Source: a virus (taxonomy: Duplodnaviria > Caudoviricetes). Taken from it: a stretch of DNA of 64,000 nt. Positions 18,877 to 29,286 of this stretch are shown here, one piece after another; the stretch's first letter is position 1; every line of letters starts with the position of its first letter. Location: positions 18,871 to 82,870 of IMG/VR virus record IMGVR_UViG_3300031760_000028. The stretch is one strand, 5' to 3'. The notes beneath the pieces were generated by a model that saw only the letters and a list, made by a program, of their open reading frames with translations, was not told the origin of the DNA and made no database searches. Made by a program: the position numbers and the translations under genes.

Positions 18877-21088
18877 ATATTTTTTCAATACATTTCTTTG
18901 CATTAATACTCATAGAGCCTCCTGTTAAATCAAAACTTATAGTGTTAATAATATAGTCTCCATAAATACCTACTTCAGGAACGTTAAAAGACACTCTCGT
19001 GTTTGGCTCTAAGTGATAGATAGGTAGGCATGTTATTGTAATACTTTCATTATAATTAGTATAATCAGTTAATAATTGTCGCACGTGCTGATAACACGAA
19101 TTAAAATTACCGCCTTCTCCAAGAGAGCTATAAATGGCATCAGAAACTTGAGTTGGAATTAGTCCAAGTTCTTTTAATTGAATTGCGGTCATTTCACTAC
19201 GCATATCTGCTTGATCTGCACTATTCTCGGCTGTATTAATCATAATTACATCCGGAATATCTGGCTCAAATACACAATTACATTTATTATCTGTAGTTAC
19301 ATAACTTCTTTTTCCTATATTACTAATAGAGAATTTACTTAAATTAGAATCATTATCAATAATATCTAGCCACCAATCTAAAGAAGAGGGAATATCTAAG
19401 CATCCTTCATACCAATCATTATGCTCAATATCGTATATTTTAGGCCATTCATTATACATTTCAGCCCAATAATCGCTTGTCTGAAGTCCTTGCGCAGCAG
19501 CATATAAATCTTGAAAATATAAAATATTTCGCCAATTAGTCTGTTGCACTCCTTCTGCGGTTGGACCTGGAATTATAAAATCTCCAACACTATAATAAAC
19601 ACCTAATGGCATTTTTAAGTATCCTGCTTCTGTTGCAGTTTCTTCACTAATATCAACGGCATTATTTCCCGAACTCTGATAGTTAGTTAATAAATTATTA
19701 TAGCTATCTATATCTGTAACCCAAGTATAGACATCATGTTGAGGTCCTACGACATAATATTTCCCAACCACCCCTTGTGGGTATCTTGTTTTTAAATCGT
19801 TTATATCACTAAAACTACCCGGCTCAACAGGATAGCATCTTCTAATTTTATCATTCATACTGGTGTCAAAACAAATAGGTATAGGATTACTATATGACTC
19901 ATATAATTTTGGTCTGTTGTCAATAGCTAAATGATAGCGGCAAGGTAATTCTACCCCTCTTTCATCTTTTCTCGTCCCCCAAACTACAAAGTCATTTTTA
20001 ATCATATTATATTGAGGTGCATTACTTGCATTAATAATAAAATCACTATTTTGGAAATTGTATACCGCATTATTTAAACGGGTGTTATATGCATAAGGAA
20101 GATACCCTTCGGGACTCTTTAGTCCATCATTAAATAAAGTACGCCATTCAGAAGTATTGACATAATTTTTTATTTCTTGAAAGACAAAATTACCAAAAAT
20201 ATCATAAAAATATTCATAGTTACCAAGAGTATCTTTAATTTTATCCAATACTGTACATACTGTATCACCAGCATTAGCGGTCAGTTGACCAGGGTATACG
20301 AAGTCTGTATAAGTATATCCAGCATCATAATTATAAATAATCTTTTTAATACTCCACAGACCTGGAGGATTTACTTGGCTAGTCATGGTTGTGTAAAAGA
20401 TATTTCGAGGCTCATTAATATTTTGCCATAGAAATAATGCATTTGCACCACGCCATTTTAGTACCTGTTTAATCTTGCTATCAATATCATTAACAATAAT
20501 ATGATTAAGATCTTCTTTTCCAAAATGATTAACTAATTCTGGGATAATTTGATTAATTTTTATAAATTCTGTATGCAAACTACCATCTGGACCAAGAGTA
20601 TCATAAGATTCAAAATTAGTAGATGCAGGAATTGTACCTCCCGCCTCCCCGTTTAATAAACTCATTTTATCATTTAAAGACAATGATAAATTTATCCCAC
20701 TATTATCATAAGTCATTGAGCAATTTGCAATAATGAAAGTACCACAAGGAAACCAAATAATAGGATAATTTGTATATTGACCAACATGGATATAATTATT
20801 CTTTAGACCTATCTCTAAAAAAACTTTCTTGTTAATAGAAAATAAACTATCTGTATTATCGTATAATATATCATCATGTAATATTTTTACATTCAAATTA
20901 GCCGTCCTGCGCACTGAGGAGTCTCCATTTATAGATATAGAACCAGAGATAATCTTCCCTTCAATATCTTGTAAGCGTCTCTCCTGCCAATCTAAAACAG
21001 TAATACGAGAATAAATAACTTTATTATGCTGTTGATATATATTATCTAAAAATTTTGTGTCTTTTAAGTAAGGGTACTTCTTTTTCAT
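18875..21088 (-). CDS. Tail/baseplate hub-like structural protein
   Basis: 737 aa, last gene of the tail block; SVRRT..L N-terminus and C-terminal LEPN...GDYII pattern seen in phage tail proteins. Confidence 0.55.
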   Translation of the reverse strand: MKKKYPYLKDTKFLDNIYQQHNKVIYSRITVLDWQERRLQDIEGKIISGSISINGDSSVRRTANLNVKILHDDILYDNTDSLFSINKKVFLEIGLKNNYIHVGQYTNYPIIWFPCGTFIIANCSMTYDNSGINLSLSLNDKMSLLNGEAGGTIPASTNFESYDTLGPDGSLHTEFIKINQIIPELVNHFGKEDLNHIIVNDIDSKIKQVLKWRGANALFLWQNINEPRNIFYTTMTSQVNPPGLWSIKKIIYNYDAGYTYTDFVYPGQLTANAGDTVCTVLDKIKDTLGNYEYFYDIFGNFVFQEIKNYVNTSEWRTLFNDGLKSPEGYLPYAYNTRLNNAVYNFQNSDFIINASNAPQYNMIKNDFVVWGTRKDERGVELPCRYHLAIDNRPKLYESYSNPIPICFDTSMNDKIRRCYPVEPGSFSDINDLKTRYPQGVVGKYYVVGPQHDVYTWVTDIDSYNNLLTNYQSSGNNAVDISEETATEAGYLKMPLGVYYSVGDFIIPGPTAEGVQQTNWRNILYFQDLYAAAQGLQTSDYWAEMYNEWPKIYDIEHNDWYEGCLDIPSSLDWWLDIIDNDSNLSKFSISNIGKRSYVTTDNKCNCVFEPDIPDVIMINTAENSADQADMRSEMTAIQLKELGLIPTQVSDAIYSSLGEGGNFNSCYQHVRQLLTDYTNYNESITITCLPIYHLEPNTRVSFNVPEVGIYGDYIINTISFDLTGGSMSINAKKCIEKI

Positions 21089-21105
21089 AGTGCTTTAATA
21101 CCCCC

Positions 21106-22800
21106 TTAATCATTAAATTTTTGTATGTTATATAATTTAAAATTTTGCACAGAACAATCTCCAATCTCTGTTGCTGTACAAGAGAAATCATAAACCATAC
21201 GGCCGATTTCCTGTTTAGGAGTTAAAGTTACATCTGTTAAACGAACTAAAATATTTCCTTCTGGCGTTGATCTAAATAATTTTGGACTATCATCATAGAA
21301 ATAATCTAAAACCATTTCTCTAAATTTTCGTTGAGTAATGCGATCATTGCGCTGATTAAAATAATGATTTACTAAATAACTTCCATAAACATTAATCCAA
21401 TCTCCATAGATACTACTTCGGCTAGTAAATTGATGTTCGCTGTCCATCTCATAAGCAATCGTTCCGCTTAAAGAGAAGCTTCTGTAATCTGTAGCGCTAT
21501 TACGAGTTATATAAGGATATTGACTTCCTAAGGTAGTGACAATATTGTCAGAAACATTTCTTTTAAATGTTGAAATACTAGGATTAAATTTAACACATAA
21601 CTGTACTCCTTGACCTGTTAGAAAAGCATGGTCAAAAATAGAAATAATAGGACCTTCTACAATCGTATAAACATTATTATTATAAGTATAAGAAATTTCA
21701 TATTTATATAAGATACCACTTTCAATAGTATAGTCATCATATGATATAGGAGCGGCAACAGCCGAGCTTAGTGTTTTTGACCATATAGTATCCCAAAACA
21801 TAAACCCATCTTTATCAGAGCCTCTTCTGACAGAAATGATAGACCCTTGCGGAATTGTCCCTGCATTACTTTGTGGCTCAAACGTAATATTCACTTTTCC
21901 TATTACAGTGTCTACTGATGTAATTTCTGTAATATATTGTTGATCACTCCAATTATTATGGCTATATGATGCGGCAATATGATAATCAATCTGTCCCTCA
22001 TAAAGATTAGCTGTTGTATATTTAAAAGTTAATATAGTATCAGCATTTTCATTAAAATAATAAGGCATCTCATAATAAAAACTGTTAATATCTTTTAGGT
22101 TATCAAGAGCGCCACTATCAAATAAAATATCTTCTGAAGTTGCGTCTTTTAGTACAAATTGATAGCTATGAAGATATTCTAAATCATTTACCCCGTTTAC
22201 AAGAGGTGTCCCAGCGATGGCTGGTAAATCTATAACTTCCTTTATGTAATTTCCGGAGAGTATTAAACTACTTGTGTTAATTTGATTAATTTCCGCAGTA
22301 TCAAGAGCCTGCCCATTACCATCAATATTAATAGTCGGCGCGGCAATGAACCTTACTAGACAAACAGTAGACCATTCAGAGAAGTTTATTAAGTTAGATT
22401 CATTTGTCAAATACTCTGATAGTGCTTGACCTGATAATGCTGAAGCAGGACAAGTAATTTTTGATAGTCGCACTTGAACTTTATAGTATTCATTATAACT
22501 AATTTGATTAATATTAAAAGTCGTTGCACTATAAGGAATAGTGATACTATTATCAAACTCTGTCGGAGAAAAGTTTTTAACATATACTCCTCTAACATAT
22601 CGAATTTTATTAAATCCTGATTCATAATTACTCTGTCGAGTAAAAGAAATATGTATAGATTGAATATCTTGTAAAGAATTAAAATTCGATATATTAAAAT
22701 TAATTCTTAGTCCATTAGTTATAAAATCTTGAATAGTTTGCGCCGGAGCGTAAGCATCGATTATAGGAGGGAATAATCCTCCTTCAGCAATAGTTGCCAT
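21106..22800 (-). CDS. Tail/baseplate structural protein, beta-rich with a Dit-like C-terminus
   Basis: 564 aa; Fn3-like DYTIESGILYKYEI segment; C-terminal KLFRSTPEGNILVRL. Confidence 0.5.
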   Translation of the reverse strand: MATIAEGGLFPPIIDAYAPAQTIQDFITNGLRINFNISNFNSLQDIQSIHISFTRQSNYESGFNKIRYVRGVYVKNFSPTEFDNSITIPYSATTFNINQISYNEYYKVQVRLSKITCPASALSGQALSEYLTNESNLINFSEWSTVCLVRFIAAPTINIDGNGQALDTAEINQINTSSLILSGNYIKEVIDLPAIAGTPLVNGVNDLEYLHSYQFVLKDATSEDILFDSGALDNLKDINSFYYEMPYYFNENADTILTFKYTTANLYEGQIDYHIAASYSHNNWSDQQYITEITSVDTVIGKVNITFEPQSNAGTIPQGSIISVRRGSDKDGFMFWDTIWSKTLSSAVAAPISYDDYTIESGILYKYEISYTYNNNVYTIVEGPIISIFDHAFLTGQGVQLCVKFNPSISTFKRNVSDNIVTTLGSQYPYITRNSATDYRSFSLSGTIAYEMDSEHQFTSRSSIYGDWINVYGSYLVNHYFNQRNDRITQRKFREMVLDYFYDDSPKLFRSTPEGNILVRLTDVTLTPKQEIGRMVYDFSCTATEIGDCSVQNFKLYNIQKFND

Positions 22801-22834
22801 GGTGTATATACCTCCTTTTATCTCATTATAATAA

Positions 22835-22860
22835 ATTAAAGGGAACGAATGTTCCCTTTA
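22835..22860 (-). terminator. Hairpin terminator after the holin-like gene
   Basis: TAAAGGGAAC-loop-GTTCCCTTTA. Confidence 0.6.
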
Positions 22861-23313
22861 ACTCTCGCGCGGCGGCTGCTTAGGAAGTTCTCGAATTTCC
22901 TTCATTAGGGCCGCAATAAAACTATTGCCCTTCTCTTTTTGATAATGACTATATCTCCGCTCTAAACAATCTAGGCTATAGTCATCTATCCATCCCTTTT
23001 GGTAACAAAAGTGATGATGCTCTTTTGTGATATAAGCTTTTATATCATCTCTATCAGAAGCCATTAGGATGTCAACTTTATTGCCAATAGTTTCTACGCA
23101 TTTGGTCATGTCTAAGACATTTTTCTCAAGAGAGCTAAGTCGTTCTTTTAACTCAGCGTCTTCGTCATGCTTTAAAATAGTTTTTTCATCTCTTTGTCGA
23201 ATTTTGCTTTTTGCCCAATCCATAAAATCAAAAACTTTTTTAAAAGTAACCGCCAATAGAACTATAAACAATATTATTTGAGGAATTGTAAAAGTAGAAA
23301 GTAAGTCTGTCAT
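22858..23313 (-). CDS. Holin-like membrane protein
   Basis: Single N-terminal TM helix followed by a coiled coil and a charged C-terminus. Confidence 0.5.
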   Translation of the reverse strand: MTDLLSTFTIPQIILFIVLLAVTFKKVFDFMDWAKSKIRQRDEKTILKHDEDAELKERLSSLEKNVLDMTKCVETIGNKVDILMASDRDDIKAYITKEHHHFCYQKGWIDDYSLDCLERRYSHYQKEKGNSFIAALMKEIRELPKQPPRES

Positions 23314-23389
23314 ATGGTTGCTCCTCCTTGTTATATATGATACTTTTCTCTCTCTATAGTTAAAAAAACTCTTTGTTTAATTAAGCTAG

Positions 23390-23593
23390 TCAGTCCTCGA
23401 TTTCAGAACCATTTTTAATTGCCATGCGCGCCTGCTCAATATAGTTTTTGTATTGTAACGCAACTGAGTCGTATATATTTGACATAACATAATATATTAC
23501 GCTTACGGGCAAGTGCGAAGAATTAAGAACAGTCATTAGACTGTCCCTAAAATCTTCTATAGCTAAATTAATATCTATTTTTTCATTATCCAT
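23390..23593 (-). CDS. Small tail-associated hypothetical protein
   Basis: 67 aa, immediately after the large tail protein; AAGGAG RBS. Confidence 0.6.
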   Translation of the reverse strand: MDNEKIDINLAIEDFRDSLMTVLNSSHLPVSVIYYVMSNIYDSVALQYKNYIEQARMAIKNGSEIED

Positions 23594-23619
23594 TTTTTTT
23601 CTCCTTTTATCTCTTATTT

Positions 23620-26600
23620 TTATTGTTCTTTAATTACATTAAGATGAGTTATAGGGTTACTTCCTGATTCACTTCGACCCGTCACTCCGGTTACATATCG
23701 ACCAGTTGTATACTGTCTAACCTTTTCTGTAATATAGTCATCTAAAGAAGTACCATTTATACTTAAACTTTTTACAGTCACAGCATTTAAGTCTGCATTG
23801 CCACTTTGGTAAATATTATAGGTTCCTCCTGCGCCTGAGAAACTAATCTTTTCTTTTGATATATCAATACCTCCACTAGAGCCACCTAAGAATATGTTTT
23901 TATCAAAGGTAACAGTTTTATGAAAACGACTATCTTCCCAAACAACAATTCCTCCATAAAATACGAACCCATTAGGTCCAGCTGTCAGATAGGTATCACC
24001 TATATAAAATTTTTCTCCTACTGCAAGTCGAAGTCCATCATCTCCAAAAGTGGATCCTGAAGGAGTGCTAAAACTTCTACCTACGAAAGTATTTCCATTA
24101 TTTTGAAAACTTGCTGTACCATCAGACCTAATATACCATTGCTGACCTTGTAAATTACCATTCTCATCTGCGGAAAATGCTCCAATAGTCAGTCTATCAG
24201 GAGCGAGTCTAACGTTCCCATTAACTGAGCCAAGATAATTTCTATTAATAACCCAGTTTCCAATGCGGCCAGTTTCTGTAAACAATTTACCATTGAAAAA
24301 AGCTTCTCCAGTATTTGTTACATAAAAATTCTTATTATATAAAGCATACTTCTGAGACATACCTTGAGAAGTATCTAAATACATATAAGTGCTGTTCCAT
24401 GGTTCGTTATCTGCTGGTAGATGCCAAGGATACCAATTATATTCAATAAATAGTGTACCTGCGGAATGGCCGTCTGCATCATCGCTGATATTGCCTATTT
24501 GACCTGATTTAGCCATGATTTTACCTTTTACACAGGCTGCAACATCATCTGTTCCTGTCCCTCCGGTGTCTTTTATCCAGAAGTTCTTATTCCATAAAAT
24601 ATAGTGCTCGCTACCTTTCCAAATATTAATATCTACTCTATTAACACTTGTACCAAAAGAGCCACTTGTTGCAACAATAGAGCCAACCGCATCTAGGTCG
24701 CTACAATGAACGTGCCCACCATAAGTTAAATAAAAATTAGGCGTTCGGCTCATAAAATTACTATAATTAATATTTGTATTACTAGCCCATAAAAACCTAG
24801 TATCATCAGTTACTTCATCTTCCCATGGAATATACATTCCCGCAGACCCCTGTCCTGTATTAGGAGGATCTACATCATCTCCTTGACTAAGCTCATTAAA
24901 GGTAAGATTATTTCCTTCTCCAATAGGCTTATATAATAAGTCTCTATCAAAATACCATCCTGCAAGACGTGACCATACTCTGCGGCTTGTTGTTGGTACT
25001 CTTGGGTCAAGGACAATCTGTGTACTACCTGTTGGACCAAAAATCGCACGCCCGGTTTGTGCATCAATAAACATGGTGCGCGCCCAAGACTCAGGATCAT
25101 TAGTATTTGGAGTTCCATATCCGAATAGTCCTATTTCATTTTTTCTTTCATCATTGTCTGGATAGAAATTAGTTCCTAAAGTAATTCCGGTAAAAGTATT
25201 GTCATTATTTTTAACCCCTGCTGCAATTTTTGAAGAAATCATATAGGCGTCGTCAATAATGGTTTTTTTACCATCCCAGTTATTAATTTCTGTCGAACCA
25301 TATTTATTACATAATATATTTATAGGGATAAGAGCCTCTGCATTATACACTTGATTTTCACTCTTTACATAAGTAATATTAACAGAAATCCAAGAATTAA
25401 ATAAATCTTTTTGAGCGACCATATCATATTTATTATAAGGTCTTACGCTGAACTTTTGTATGGACTCATTTAGTTGAACTACTTCTTCCCAATAAGGAGT
25501 TACAAAACTTCCAGGCTGATACGTGTTAATGATTTGATCATCAGCATCTTTTATTTCTACGAGCTGCCCCTTAGTATATGAGGTATTACATACGTAAACT
25601 TTATTATTGTAGCGGCAATATTTCTTATATAAATTCTCATTATTACTAAAACTTGCATAAGTTTGAATTTCCTCTGTTGAAGAAATTGAATTAATTGGTT
25701 GAAGCCCGTCTGAATGGCTCCAATAAATATTCGTTTTACCTGTTGCGATTCCATCTACGACTTCTTGAGTAATATTTTTACCTTCCTCATCAAATATAAA
25801 GAAAGTAAATGGCTCTTGTTTATTATAGGATGGATTTTCCCCTGCACTATCATAGACAATCTGATCAAACCCGCCCGTTACAACAATATGCTTAGCCGGG
25901 TCAAAGCCCGCTGGCATTGGCTCACTACCGGTAAAATTAAAGTAAAAATAAGGAATTGCATAATATCCATAATTAAATCTCTGGATAGAGGTATCTTCTC
26001 CTAGTGTTTTTGAAGATGCTACTCTTATTATATTATTAGCAATTTTCTTATCATAAGTGACTCCCTCTATAGTGTAATCAGTAATAAGAGTTGGTTTATA
26101 AGTCATCTCAACCTGATTTTCGTTATCTGTCATATAAGGAATTCTTAATTGAGTATATTGACCTGTGGTGTTAATAATATTAAAAGAAGGTTTTAGATAA
26201 TATTTTATACCCTTATATGCTCCCTTGATAATTTCAGAACTCCATACAGAAGAACTGTCAATAACACTCATTTGTCCATCTTGGTACCAATATCCATATA
26301 AGGTTGTTGTAGCAGAGCCATTAACTCCAGTAGGAGAGCCATCTATATTCATAGCTCCAGCCGCAAATTTTAAATTTACATATCTACAAGTATTTGTAGA
26401 AAGTTGCGGTTCCCCATTTGCATTATACGCCATAGTTGCAAATAGATAGGTATTACCTAAGTGTCTTTGGCTAGGCTGATAATGTTTCGTGACAGTCCTG
26501 CCGCCTTCTACAGTAGAGAAATCACTCCATTTTTTTTCAGATAAAATATTGCTTTTATATTGATTATATACATTATCATCTATGTCTAATAACATATTAG

Positions 26601-29166
26601 TACCGTTTGTACCCAAGTCACCTTGTTTAACAAAAGTAAAATGTGTAGTTGCCATAACTACTGCGTCATTATATGTAACCTTAAGCTCTATATTACTATT
26701 CTCTTTTTTATTAATATCATATTCTGATGCTAATGAATAGACTAAATTACTAGCATTAGCAACTTCTAAAACCGTTGCATCTGTAGCAGATACACTGCAC
26801 ATTGTAGAACCTTTATATCCAGTTTTTATTAAACTATAAGGACTATCATAAAATCTCCATATTGGGTTTAAAGATGTTATATTAATAGTGGATGAAGTAT
26901 TCTCAGGATACTCGCTGTCAAATAATAAAGAGCCCGCTTTATCATAAAGCTTAAAAAATAGCGGCTTAATTAAAATATCCGGTGAAAGTCCTCCTTCATT
27001 ATACATGAACCCCTGTGTACCATTAGTGATCTCCAAACTGTAATCTAAAGATGCTCCACTAGAATTAATTAAAGTAATTTCAGCTGTGCCAATAGGCTGG
27101 CTCACATTATTTTCAGTTAATATTGCAGTAACTTTATAAGTTGCTTTATTGCCAATTTTATAAGCTGGTAAATTATACAAAGTATTAACAACTTGTTCGG
27201 TATAAAGCTGTGTTCCATAATAATAAGGGTGTGTGTTTATTATTTCTGCACTTCTATAATCTTTTAATTCTTCATTTGCATAACGCGCTGATACGCTACT
27301 CGGTCCAAGGATATAATAAGAGCTATTATCATTATCCATGGTATACATATGCTTAATATTGGTAGTTTTAACAGATACAATAGTTTCACTACGTACTTTT
27401 GCCCTTTGCATTTGAATAGCATCAGATTGAGGATTTTCATATAATTGAGTGTATCTGTCATGATAATAGTTATATCTTTCCCTACATAGTACAACATTAG
27501 GATTTGCGGCTAGGTAATCTGTGATTTCTTCATCCGACAAAGTCTCATTATCTTGCTCTTGATCCCACTCTAAATTATTTATTAATATATCGTCAATTAA
27601 TGTTGACGGTAGAGATTTCTCAATCCCTTTTTCATCTATTTCCACCCAATGATAATTAATATTATTATTTAATGTTCTACTGCGAGGGGCTGTTCCACCA
27701 ATATCTTGAAATACGCCTGCTGTTAAAGTAAAACCGCCAAGTCCATTATAACTTTGGACTTTTCCATCTTTAGAGTGTAAAAGTATATAATATCCTTCTC
27801 TATTTAAAACTTCTTTAATTTCTGAAGAAATAATTTGATTTTCATAAAAAACTACGCACTTAATTCTAGTAATTTTACCTTTACATAAACTTCTCAAAAT
27901 AGAAATGTCAGGCATATTATAGTTCCATTCTATAGCTTGTCCTCCAACAGAAGTATCAGATTGTAAAATTGTATAATTCTTTAAATCTTCTTTTGTTGCG
28001 GAAGCTGCATCGTATATAATTTTATTACCAGTATTTAAACAATACCATCCCTTGCCAGTATATTTATTATATTTTGGGTGGTTAATAGAGTCTACTGTCA
28101 CATCCTCTTTTGCCCAATAGTATTGAACATTCTGATTACTTGATGATTGAACGGGATTTCCATTAACCTTTAGTGTTGCACGACATACAATCTCAGGTTT
28201 ATATACATCAATATCATCATTTGTACGAATAAAAAAATCAAAATTATCATCGCTCTGAACTTCTACTCGGTACTTGTCATTATTAGTATCATATAGTTTA
28301 ACTGCTTTATACAAGCCAATATCTTTAATGTATATATCTCTAAAAAGCTGTCCTGGATCTTCTCCTTGTGGAAATCCTACTACATACTCTTCAATTTTAT
28401 CAATCCCAACAAAATCTGTTTGGTCCACTTGCCAATAATCATATTGTGGCATATACACATTAAAATTAAAAGGACTTCCACTCATATGGAAAGTATCTAA
28501 TTTAAAATTTTTATAATAAATATCTCCTGTAGAAACGTTTTTATACTTGAAAGTTACAATAATACCATAATCTCCGCTAACTTTTCTACTGTCGTCTAAA
28601 GTTGTTTTAAAACTTGCGCCAACTCTAATAGCGGTTGCGGTCTTTAAGTATTCATTTGCTTGAGAGTTAATATTTAATAAATTAATAGCTCCTGGGGATG
28701 GATTTGCACTCCACAGAGTTTTGCGATACATATTTGGCGCACCCCAATAGCTCGATAAATTAATATCTTGTTCACCGTTTAAAGAAATATAGTTACTGCC
28801 ATCTACTGAATACGCTTGATCCCCTTCTAAATAGGTTGCATAAGTACGTTGTGAACTATCATTAGAAGCTGCGCCTGTAATGAATAATCTATTATTCATA
28901 TCGTTACCAGGAACTAAAACATATACAAGAGCATTATTCATATATGTTGTTAAAGTGTCTCTACTGTATGCAGTATAATAGCCATTTTGATATTTTATTT
29001 TATACTGTCCAATAGTAGCATCAGTACAAAACTGTATTGTTGCTAAAATAGTTTTGTCATAACTTGCATCTTGCACTGATTTTTCTGCACTTCTTTTAAA
29101 AGTATTAATTAATACTTCTTTGATTTCTTGTGTTGACATATTGTTTGAATTATTATATGCCGTCAT
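23620..29166 (-). CDS. Large tail tip/host-specificity protein
   Basis: About 1850 aa, beta-rich; KQGDLGTNG linker and C-terminal GRIGNW-type repeats. ATG 29166 is preferred because the TTG at 29178 abuts the RBS. Confidence 0.6.
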   Translation of the reverse strand: MTAYNNSNNMSTQEIKEVLINTFKRSAEKSVQDASYDKTILATIQFCTDATIGQYKIKYQNGYYTAYSRDTLTTYMNNALVYVLVPGNDMNNRLFITGAASNDSSQRTYATYLEGDQAYSVDGSNYISLNGEQDINLSSYWGAPNMYRKTLWSANPSPGAINLLNINSQANEYLKTATAIRVGASFKTTLDDSRKVSGDYGIIVTFKYKNVSTGDIYYKNFKLDTFHMSGSPFNFNVYMPQYDYWQVDQTDFVGIDKIEEYVVGFPQGEDPGQLFRDIYIKDIGLYKAVKLYDTNNDKYRVEVQSDDNFDFFIRTNDDIDVYKPEIVCRATLKVNGNPVQSSSNQNVQYYWAKEDVTVDSINHPKYNKYTGKGWYCLNTGNKIIYDAASATKEDLKNYTILQSDTSVGGQAIEWNYNMPDISILRSLCKGKITRIKCVVFYENQIISSEIKEVLNREGYYILLHSKDGKVQSYNGLGGFTLTAGVFQDIGGTAPRSRTLNNNINYHWVEIDEKGIEKSLPSTLIDDILINNLEWDQEQDNETLSDEEITDYLAANPNVVLCRERYNYYHDRYTQLYENPQSDAIQMQRAKVRSETIVSVKTTNIKHMYTMDNDNSSYYILGPSSVSARYANEELKDYRSAEIINTHPYYYGTQLYTEQVVNTLYNLPAYKIGNKATYKVTAILTENNVSQPIGTAEITLINSSGASLDYSLEITNGTQGFMYNEGGLSPDILIKPLFFKLYDKAGSLLFDSEYPENTSSTINITSLNPIWRFYDSPYSLIKTGYKGSTMCSVSATDATVLEVANASNLVYSLASEYDINKKENSNIELKVTYNDAVVMATTHFTFVKQGDLGTNGTNMLLDIDDNVYNQYKSNILSEKKWSDFSTVEGGRTVTKHYQPSQRHLGNTYLFATMAYNANGEPQLSTNTCRYVNLKFAAGAMNIDGSPTGVNGSATTTLYGYWYQDGQMSVIDSSSVWSSEIIKGAYKGIKYYLKPSFNIINTTGQYTQLRIPYMTDNENQVEMTYKPTLITDYTIEGVTYDKKIANNIIRVASSKTLGEDTSIQRFNYGYYAIPYFYFNFTGSEPMPAGFDPAKHIVVTGGFDQIVYDSAGENPSYNKQEPFTFFIFDEEGKNITQEVVDGIATGKTNIYWSHSDGLQPINSISSTEEIQTYASFSNNENLYKKYCRYNNKVYVCNTSYTKGQLVEIKDADDQIINTYQPGSFVTPYWEEVVQLNESIQKFSVRPYNKYDMVAQKDLFNSWISVNITYVKSENQVYNAEALIPINILCNKYGSTEINNWDGKKTIIDDAYMISSKIAAGVKNNDNTFTGITLGTNFYPDNDERKNEIGLFGYGTPNTNDPESWARTMFIDAQTGRAIFGPTGSTQIVLDPRVPTTSRRVWSRLAGWYFDRDLLYKPIGEGNNLTFNELSQGDDVDPPNTGQGSAGMYIPWEDEVTDDTRFLWASNTNINYSNFMSRTPNFYLTYGGHVHCSDLDAVGSIVATSGSFGTSVNRVDINIWKGSEHYILWNKNFWIKDTGGTGTDDVAACVKGKIMAKSGQIGNISDDADGHSAGTLFIEYNWYPWHLPADNEPWNSTYMYLDTSQGMSQKYALYNKNFYVTNTGEAFFNGKLFTETGRIGNWVINRNYLGSVNGNVRLAPDRLTIGAFSADENGNLQGQQWYIRSDGTASFQNNGNTFVGRSFSTPSGSTFGDDGLRLAVGEKFYIGDTYLTAGPNGFVFYGGIVVWEDSRFHKTVTFDKNIFLGGSSGGIDISKEKISFSGAGGTYNIYQSGNADLNAVTVKSLSINGTSLDDYITEKVRQYTTGRYVTGVTGRSESGSNPITHLNVIKEQ

Positions 29167-29202
29167 ATCTTTTGGCAACCTCCTTTTCTCTCTTATTATA
29201 AA

Positions 29203-29243
29203 ATATATAAAAAAACTACAAACATATTTAAAAAGAAATGACC
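29203..29243 (-). promoter_or_regulatory. Putative phage-specific promoter, GGWCW-N30-ATATAT
   Basis: On the minus strand, GGTCA (29243-29239), 30 nt ending TTTTTTT, then ATATAT (29208-29203). Confidence 0.6.
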
Positions 29244-29248
29244 AAAAA

Positions 29249-29286
29249 AGAAGGGAGCTAGTCTTGACTAACTAGCTCCCTTCTTA
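29249..29286 (-). terminator. Terminator after the tape-measure gene
   Basis: AAGAAGGGAGCTAGT...ACTAGCTCCCTTCTT stem followed by a T-run on the minus strand. Confidence 0.85.

Noticed and set aside
22858-23593. Complete lysis cassette
   Set aside because: Only a holin-like gene is visible. No amidase, muramidase or peptidase motif was recognised nearby, so the endolysin is presumably outside the window.
18875-29178. Diversity-generating retroelement or invertible tail-fibre cassette
   Set aside because: No reverse transcriptase or invertase is present, and I noticed no TR/VR-like repeat pair by eye. An exhaustive repeat search was not run.
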